A stretch of 64,000 bases of DNA, from the NCBI GenBank assembly GCA_947307055.1, contig CAMZHX010000013.1, forward strand, positions 1,242 to 65,241. Direction: 5' to 3'. This DNA is from an uncultured Selenomonadales bacterium (GTDB lineage: Bacteria > Bacillota > Negativicutes > Selenomonadales > Selenomonadaceae). This document shows, in pieces, positions 58,825-64,000 of the stretch. Below the pieces are notes generated by a model. That model was not told the DNA's origin and did no database searches. It saw only the letters and a program-made list of their open reading frames with translations. The position numbers were made by a program, and so were the translations under genes. The number at the start of each line of letters is the position of its first letter. The stretch's first letter is position 1.

Positions 58825-58853
58825 ATTGTAGCAAAAAAAAATCTTCGTGGCAA
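58825..58853 (-). promoter_or_regulatory. candidate promoter of recT
   Basis: Minus strand TTGCCA, 17 nt, TACAAT. Confidence 0.5.
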
Positions 58854-58863
58854 TTCTTCAACC

Positions 58864-58892
58864 TTGACGATAAAAAAAACTTGTGATAGACT
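58864..58892 (+). promoter_or_regulatory. candidate promoter of rpsO
   Basis: TTGACG, 17 nt, TAGACT with an extended TG (tgtgaTAGACT). Confidence 0.55.
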
Positions 58893-58980
58893 GCGCGTTA
58901 ATCTTAGCCGCGGCGCAGTTCGTCGATACTCCGACGCGGACTTCGCTAACGGGAAAATTTTTTACGCAGGAGGAATAAAA
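58893..58980 (+). promoter_or_regulatory. structured rpsO 5' leader (possible S15 autoregulatory element)
   Basis: ~88-nt leader with nested helices CCGCG...CGCGG and CGTCG-atactc-CGACG just upstream of the SD. Confidence 0.3.
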
Positions 58981-59247
58981 ATGTTAGACAAACAAGCAAA
59001 ACAGGAGATTATGGAAAAATTCGCCGTGCACGAAGGCGACACCGGTTCACCAGAAGTTCAAATCGCATTGTTGACGGCGCGCATTTCCTACTTGACAGAG
59101 CACCTCAAAGAGCACAAAAAAGATCATCACTCTCGCCGCGGTTTGTTGAAAATGGTTGGTCAACGCCGCCGCCTTTTGAGCTACCTGAGCAAAAAGGACA
59201 TCAATCGTTATCGCGAAATTCTCGCTCAACTTAATCTCCGCAAATAA
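58981..59247 (+). CDS. rpsO: 30S ribosomal protein S15
   Basis: 88-aa ORF: [69 protein letters not shown]. Confidence 0.97.
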   Translation: MLDKQAKQEIMEKFAVHEGDTGSPEVQIALLTARISYLTEHLKEHKKDHHSRRGLLKMVGQRRRLLSYLSKKDINRYREILAQLNLRK

Positions 59248-59268
59248 TTTTCATACTAAATAAAAAAT

Positions 59269-59301
59269 ATCCCCTGTCAAAATTGTGGCAGGGGATTTTT
59301 T
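59269..59301 (+). terminator. intrinsic terminator after rpsO
   Basis: AUCCCCUGUC-8 nt-GGCAGGGGAU (10 bp) followed by TTTTTT. Confidence 0.8.
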
Positions 59302-59358
59302 CGTTATTCAAGAATCAAACAAAGTTCAAAAGATACGCCGATTAAAGGAGAAATCACT

Positions 59359-60417
59359 ATGGCTAAAAACAAAAACCTAAACACCGCTGCACGCGCAAAA
59401 AAAGATGAGTTCTATACCCGAATCGTCGACATCGAAAACGAATTGCGCTACTATCAAAAATTTTTCACGGGCAAAACCGTCCTGTGCAACTGCGACGACC
59501 CTTACGAAAGCGATTTCTTTAAGTACTTCACGATTTATTTCAATCAGCTCGGTCTCAAAAAATTAATCGCAACTTGCTACGTTGGCTCGCCCATTGTACA
59601 GACCGAATTGGACTTTTTCGGCACGCCTAACGAAAATCCCAACTTCGACAAGAAAAAATCCGCTATCAGGTTCGATGTTACCGAAGTGCGCGACTTCAAC
59701 GGCGACGGCGCAATAAATTTGGCGGACGTAAGGTGGCTACTCGAAAATAATCGCAACGTCGTGACCTATCTCGAAGGCGACGGAGATTTTCGCTCGCCCG
59801 AATGTATCGCCGCGCTAAAGGAAGCTGATATTGTCGTCACGAACCCGCCTTTTAGTTTGTTTAGAGAATACGTCGCCCAACTTATTCAATACGACAAAAA
59901 ATTTCTCATCATCGGCAACATGAACGCCATAACTTACAAAGAAATTTTCCCGCTCATTAAAGAGAACAAAATTTGGCTCGGCTACGGCTTTAGAAGTATG
60001 GTCGGCTTCTTCCGCAGTCCTTACGAAGATACAGCGACCGCCTCTCAACACATTGACGGCTTGATTAGAAATTCGGGTGTTCATTGGTTCACGAATTTAG
60101 ATGTTCGCAAGCGGCACGAAGACATTTTGCTGTACATGAAGTATACGCCGGAAAAATATCCGCGCTACGACAACTACGACGCAATAGAAGTTTCAAAGAC
60201 CGCCGAGATTCCCGAAGATTATTTTGGAGTTATGGGCGTGCCGATTACTTTCTTCGATAAATACAATCCAAATCAGTTTGAAATTTTAGGCAATAGTGAG
60301 ATGTTCGCAGAGCCGCTCGTCATTGACGGCAAGTTGAAGAATAAGCCAGGACGATTTTATATTAACGGCAAGCGCATGTACGACAGGATTTTGATTCGTA
60401 GAAAGGCGGCGGAGTAA
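59359..60417 (+). CDS. N6-adenine DNA methyltransferase, EcoRI-methylase-like family
   Basis: N-terminal KKDEFYT motif and catalytic motif IV VVTNPPFS. 352 aa. Confidence 0.85.
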   Translation: MAKNKNLNTAARAKKDEFYTRIVDIENELRYYQKFFTGKTVLCNCDDPYESDFFKYFTIYFNQLGLKKLIATCYVGSPIVQTELDFFGTPNENPNFDKKKSAIRFDVTEVRDFNGDGAINLADVRWLLENNRNVVTYLEGDGDFRSPECIAALKEADIVVTNPPFSLFREYVAQLIQYDKKFLIIGNMNAITYKEIFPLIKENKIWLGYGFRSMVGFFRSPYEDTATASQHIDGLIRNSGVHWFTNLDVRKRHEDILLYMKYTPEKYPRYDNYDAIEVSKTAEIPEDYFGVMGVPITFFDKYNPNQFEILGNSEMFAEPLVIDGKLKNKPGRFYINGKRMYDRILIRRKAAE

Positions 60418-61518
60418 ATGGAAATATTGATGCATGAAATTACGGTGCGCGAGGTTGCGGCGGGCTTTATGGACGATCCGGAGCGCGGTTGCAGAGGTTA
60501 TGGCGGGAAATTGAACATAAGACCAGCTTTTCAGCGCGAATTCGTTTACAACAGCAATCAGCGCGACGAAGTGATTAAAACTGTCCTGCAAGAATTCCCG
60601 TTGAACGTAATGTATTGGGTTCGCAGCGACGACGGGACTTTTGAGATGCTCGACGGGCAACAGCGCACGATAAGCATTTGCCAATACGTTTCAGGCAACT
60701 TTTCGTTAGGCTATCAAAGCTTTGGAAGCTTGACAGATACGGACAGGGAAAAGATTTTGAATTACAAGCTGATGATTTACATCTGCGAGGGCAACGACAA
60801 AGAAAAATTGGATTGGTTTAAGATAATCAACACGGCGGGCGAAAAACTCACAGATCAAGAGGCGCGCAACGCGATATATGCTTGCGAGTGGCTGACCGAC
60901 GCGAAAAAACGTTTCAGCAAGAATAATTGCCCGGCGTACAATCTTTACAAGGACTATTTGAAAGGCTCGCCGATTCGTCAAGATTATTTAGAGGCGGCGT
61001 TGAAGTGGATAGCTAATCGCGACGGATTGGATAAGTTAGAAAGTTATATGGACGCGCAGAAACAAAATCGCACGGCGGACGCTTCGGATTTGTGGGAATA
61101 TATTCAAACGGTGTTTGCCTGGGTGAAAAAAACTTTTCCGCACTACCGCCCGATAATGAAGGGCTTGGATTGGGGAATTCTTTACAACAAATACGGCGAG
61201 AATATGTTGGACGCGGAAAAATTGGAAAAAAAAATTTCGCGACTGATTCTTGACGATGATGTTACGAACAATCGCGGAATTTATGAATATCTTTTGAGCG
61301 GCGAGGAAAAATATTTAAATTTGCGAGCATTTAGCAAGGCAATGAAGTTGGCAGCTTACGAGCGGCAAGCCGGTATTTGTGTGAAGTGCAAAAAACACTT
61401 TGAGCTTGACGAAATGCACGCAGATCATATCACGCCGTGGAGTAAGGGCGGCAAAACGACGGCGGAGAATTGTCAAATGCTGTGTGCGGATTGCAATCGC
61501 CGCAAAAGCGATATTTGA
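60418..61518 (+). CDS. DUF262 (ParB/GmrS-like) domain protein with a C-terminal HNH nuclease
   Basis: IRPAFQREFVY and LDGQQRT (DUF262 signatures). C-terminal CVKC...HADHITPWSKGGKTTAENCQMLCADCNRRKS is an HNH with a zinc ribbon. The ATG directly abuts the methyltransferase TAA. Confidence 0.85.
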   Translation: MEILMHEITVREVAAGFMDDPERGCRGYGGKLNIRPAFQREFVYNSNQRDEVIKTVLQEFPLNVMYWVRSDDGTFEMLDGQQRTISICQYVSGNFSLGYQSFGSLTDTDREKILNYKLMIYICEGNDKEKLDWFKIINTAGEKLTDQEARNAIYACEWLTDAKKRFSKNNCPAYNLYKDYLKGSPIRQDYLEAALKWIANRDGLDKLESYMDAQKQNRTADASDLWEYIQTVFAWVKKTFPHYRPIMKGLDWGILYNKYGENMLDAEKLEKKISRLILDDDVTNNRGIYEYLLSGEEKYLNLRAFSKAMKLAAYERQAGICVKCKKHFELDEMHADHITPWSKGGKTTAENCQMLCADCNRRKSDI

Positions 61519-61654
61519 TACTGTTTACGCGGCAATAGAGCGTGTTGGTAAACTAAAAGTCGTGATGTGACGAGGAATTTTTTCGATTGACGAGGCGCAA
61601 CAACGAAGTCAGACGGAAAAAGAACCGTCACTTGCCAGGATTTACCAACAGCCC

Positions 61655-63133
61655 CTAAATCTTGCTCTCGCCTACTTTATCGAAGGTCGCTAAAATGTCG
61701 CGGCTCGGCTCGGCAGTAACGAGGCTCACAAGATAAATCGCTATAATCGAGAAGATAAAGCCCGGCACAATTTCATACAGTCCAAACAAATTAAGCTGTT
61801 TCCAAACTAAAACCGTCACGCCACCAACAATTATCCCCGCGATAACGCCGGATCGCGTTGTGCGCCGCCAAAATAGGCTCATAAGCAAAGCAGGACCAAA
61901 TGCCGCGCCAAATCCCGCCCATGCATACGCGACCATGTCCAAAATAAAACTGTCGGGATTGATGCCCAATAAAACAGCTATCGATGCGATTATCAAGACA
62001 GATGCTCGCGAAATCCAAACCAACTCGGTTTGATTTGCGTCTTTGCGGAGTATCGTTTTATAAAAATCCTGCGCGAACGCCGAAGCCGCAACTAATAGCT
62101 GACTTGATGCCGTTGACATTATCGCCGCCAAAACCGCGCTCAATACTAATCCTGCGATTACCGGCGGGAAAAGTTGATTCGTCATAAGCAAAAATACCGT
62201 TTCGGCGTTTGTGCCCTCAAGAGTCTGCGTCAAATAGACCGTGCCGACCATGCCGACCGTTACCGCCGCCGCTAAACTCAAAATTACCCACGTCATCGCG
62301 ATATGCGTTGCCTGTGGGATTTCTTTTGTGGATTTTATCGCCATAAACCTAACCAAAATGTGCGGCTGACCAAAATATCCTATGCCCCACGCTAAAAGCG
62401 AAATCAATTCGATAAATCCGAGCGTCGAACCGTCCGGTTTCGTGAATGGCTCGAACATTGACGCTTTGTAACTCGATATTGCGCTAATTGTGTCGCCAAA
62501 ACCGCCTAAACTCATCGCCGCGCAGGTCGGAACAAGTAAAATTGCAAAAAACATCATCACGCCTTGAATAAAATCTGTGCGACTGACTGCTAAGAAGCCA
62601 CCAATCAGCGTGTAGAAGACGACAGAGCCAGCACCTAAAAATATTGCGTACTGGAACGGCAAACCAAAGACCGTCTCGAATAATTTGCCCGCCGCAACAA
62701 AGCCCGAAGACGTGTACAGGATAAAAAATATCAAAATGAATATCGCAGGCACTATTCTTAAAAGTCCGCTCGTATCTTTATAGCGATTCTGCAAAAATTC
62801 GGGTAATGTCAGCGCATTCCCGGCAAGTTCCGTGTATTTTCTAAGCCGCGCCGCTACAAAATGCCAATTCGCCCAAGTTCCTATCGATATTCCTATCGCT
62901 ATCCAGCCCGCGTTCAATCCGGCAAGATAAGCGAAGCCAGGCACGCCCATTAGCATCCAACCGCTCATATCAGACGCCTCAGCACTTAACGACGTGACCC
63001 ACGCGCCCAATTTGCGATTTCCTAAGAAATAATCGCTCATATTTTGCGTCCGACGATAATAATACACGCCAATCGCCATCATCAGCCCGATATACAGCAC
63101 AAACATGTTGATTATCACTAAATCATTCGTCAA
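61655..63133 (-). CDS. putP: sodium/proline symporter (SSS family)
   Basis: 492-aa, ~13-TM ORF with PutP-like sequence (FLGNRKLGAWVTSLSAEASDMSGWMLMGVPG). TTG start follows GGAGGAGG. Confidence 0.9.
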   Translation of the reverse strand: MTNDLVIINMFVLYIGLMMAIGVYYYRRTQNMSDYFLGNRKLGAWVTSLSAEASDMSGWMLMGVPGFAYLAGLNAGWIAIGISIGTWANWHFVAARLRKYTELAGNALTLPEFLQNRYKDTSGLLRIVPAIFILIFFILYTSSGFVAAGKLFETVFGLPFQYAIFLGAGSVVFYTLIGGFLAVSRTDFIQGVMMFFAILLVPTCAAMSLGGFGDTISAISSYKASMFEPFTKPDGSTLGFIELISLLAWGIGYFGQPHILVRFMAIKSTKEIPQATHIAMTWVILSLAAAVTVGMVGTVYLTQTLEGTNAETVFLLMTNQLFPPVIAGLVLSAVLAAIMSTASSQLLVAASAFAQDFYKTILRKDANQTELVWISRASVLIIASIAVLLGINPDSFILDMVAYAWAGFGAAFGPALLMSLFWRRTTRSGVIAGIIVGGVTVLVWKQLNLFGLYEIVPGFIFSIIAIYLVSLVTAEPSRDILATFDKVGESKI

Positions 63134-63164
63134 AACAAAATCCTCCTCCTTTCATAACGCGCCA

Positions 63165-63193
63165 ATTATAACCGCGTCGATAATTTTAATCAA
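63165..63193 (-). promoter_or_regulatory. candidate promoter of putP
   Basis: Minus strand TTGATT, 17 nt, TATAAT. Confidence 0.5.
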
Positions 63194-63260
63194 GACGCTT
63201 GCTTTCGAGATGATTTTAAGTATTTTCAAAGCGATTAGCAACCATAACTTTAAATCGGCA

Positions 63261-63289
63261 TTGACATTTGCATTATAAGCGTCTAAAAT
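63261..63289 (+). promoter_or_regulatory. candidate promoter of the dcuA-like gene
   Basis: TTGACA, 17 nt, TAAAAT. It is followed by the palindrome GTGTAT-N5-ATACAC at 63298-63314. Confidence 0.55.
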
Positions 63290-63362
63290 TCGCCGAAGTG
63301 TATCTTGTATACACGTCAGAAAATTCTTCAATCGAGTTTTTACAGGAAGAAGGAGTGATTTT

Positions 63363-64000
63363 ATGTTTTGGGCTGAATTAGCTGTCGTTTTGATAATGTT
63401 GATTATCGGAGCGCGTTACGGAGGAATTTTTTTAGGAATGTCGAGCGGTTTTGCGATTGCAATACTCGTTTTCGGCTTCGGACTCGCTCCAGGCAACCCC
63501 GCAATCGATGTTATCATGATTATTATGACCGTCGTCGTTATCGCCGCCACTTTACAGGCTTCAGGCGGCATGGATTACCTTATTCAAATCGCCGTCAAGC
63601 TTTTGCGCAAAAATCCGAACAGAATTAGCTATTATGCTCCAATTATCAGCTGGATTTTTACTTTTATGTGCGGAACCGGAAATATTTCCTTCGGAATTCT
63701 GCCTGTTATCGCTGAAGTCGCTAGAGAAGCCGGTGTTCGCCCCGAAAGACCAATTTCTATGTCAGTTATTGCGTCTCAACAGGCTATAACCGCTTGTCCA
63801 ATTTCCGCCGCTACCGTCGCGCTTGTAGGGCTTCTTTCGCCAGCAGGAGTAACTTTAATCGATATTTTAATCGTTTGTATCCCCTCAACCCTAATCGGCG
63901 TCGTTTGCGGCTCACTTTGGGCGGCTCGCATGGGTAAAGAACTTAATTTAGACCAAGAATATCTCGATAGAGTCGCTCGCGGCGAATCCGCGCCCATAAA
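63363..64000 (+). CDS. dcuA: anaerobic C4-dicarboxylate transporter, DcuA/DcuB family (5' part, runs off the window)
   Basis: My own translation: MFWAELAVVLIMLIIGARYGGIFLG...IDVIMIIM...LQASGGMDYL...LLRKNPNRISYYAPI...TGNISFGILPVIAEVAREAGVRPERP. It is collinear with E. coli DcuA. GAAGGAG lies upstream, and the frame is open to the window end. Confidence 0.88.
   Translation, partial: MFWAELAVVLIMLIIGARYGGIFLGMSSGFAIAILVFGFGLAPGNPAIDVIMIIMTVVVIAATLQASGGMDYLIQIAVKLLRKNPNRISYYAPIISWIFTFMCGTGNISFGILPVIAEVAREAGVRPERPISMSVIASQQAITACPISAATVALVGLLSPAGVTLIDILIVCIPSTLIGVVCGSLWAARMGKELNLDQEYLDRVARGESAPI

Noticed and set aside
55949-61518. Interpretation of RecT, methyltransferase, HNH nuclease and TA as an intact prophage
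   Set aside because: There are no integrase, terminase, capsid, tail or lysis genes. The core gene rpsO, with its own promoter and terminator, sits in the middle. At most these are remnants or independent defence-type modules.

Overview
This is a 64-kb chromosomal segment, about 90% coding, from a moderate-GC Firmicute-like bacterium. The taxon call rests on a SigH-type sigma factor, pheS-pheT-zapA synteny, Bacillus-style TTGACA-17-TATAAT promoters and strong GGAGG ribosome-binding sites. An RND efflux pump, a Tat signal and many lipoproteins hint at a diderm, Negativicutes-like lineage; that is inference only.

Housekeeping genes present: aroA, typA, cobQ/cobU, sigH, pheST, zapA, dnaE, eno, recA, folP-folB-folK~folA-ung, maf, pyrF, rpsO, putP and dcuA.

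Accessory content:
(1) An NYN nuclease with four LOTUS repeats.
(2) Two very large secreted-type repeat proteins: a 1285-aa RTX/beta-roll protein and a 3566-aa Thr-rich protein of about two dozen modules.
(3) A tightly packed minus-strand operon: TerD-TerD-GT2-exported nucleosidase-GT2-Ca2+ P-type ATPase.
(4) A tandem pair of unannotated type I toxin-antitoxin-like cassettes in the apparently empty TerD/RecT spacer. Each has a 28-aa hydrophobic peptide and a convergent sRNA.
(5) A solitary RecT gene.
(6) An EcoRI-like m6A methyltransferase translationally abutted to a DUF262/HNH nuclease.
(7) A dispersed set of intergenic hairpins whose arms are built from degenerate tandem heptamers, in three sequence flavours.

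No rRNA, tRNA, CRISPR array, transposase or integrase was seen. All functional calls come from motif recognition by eye; no database search was possible.
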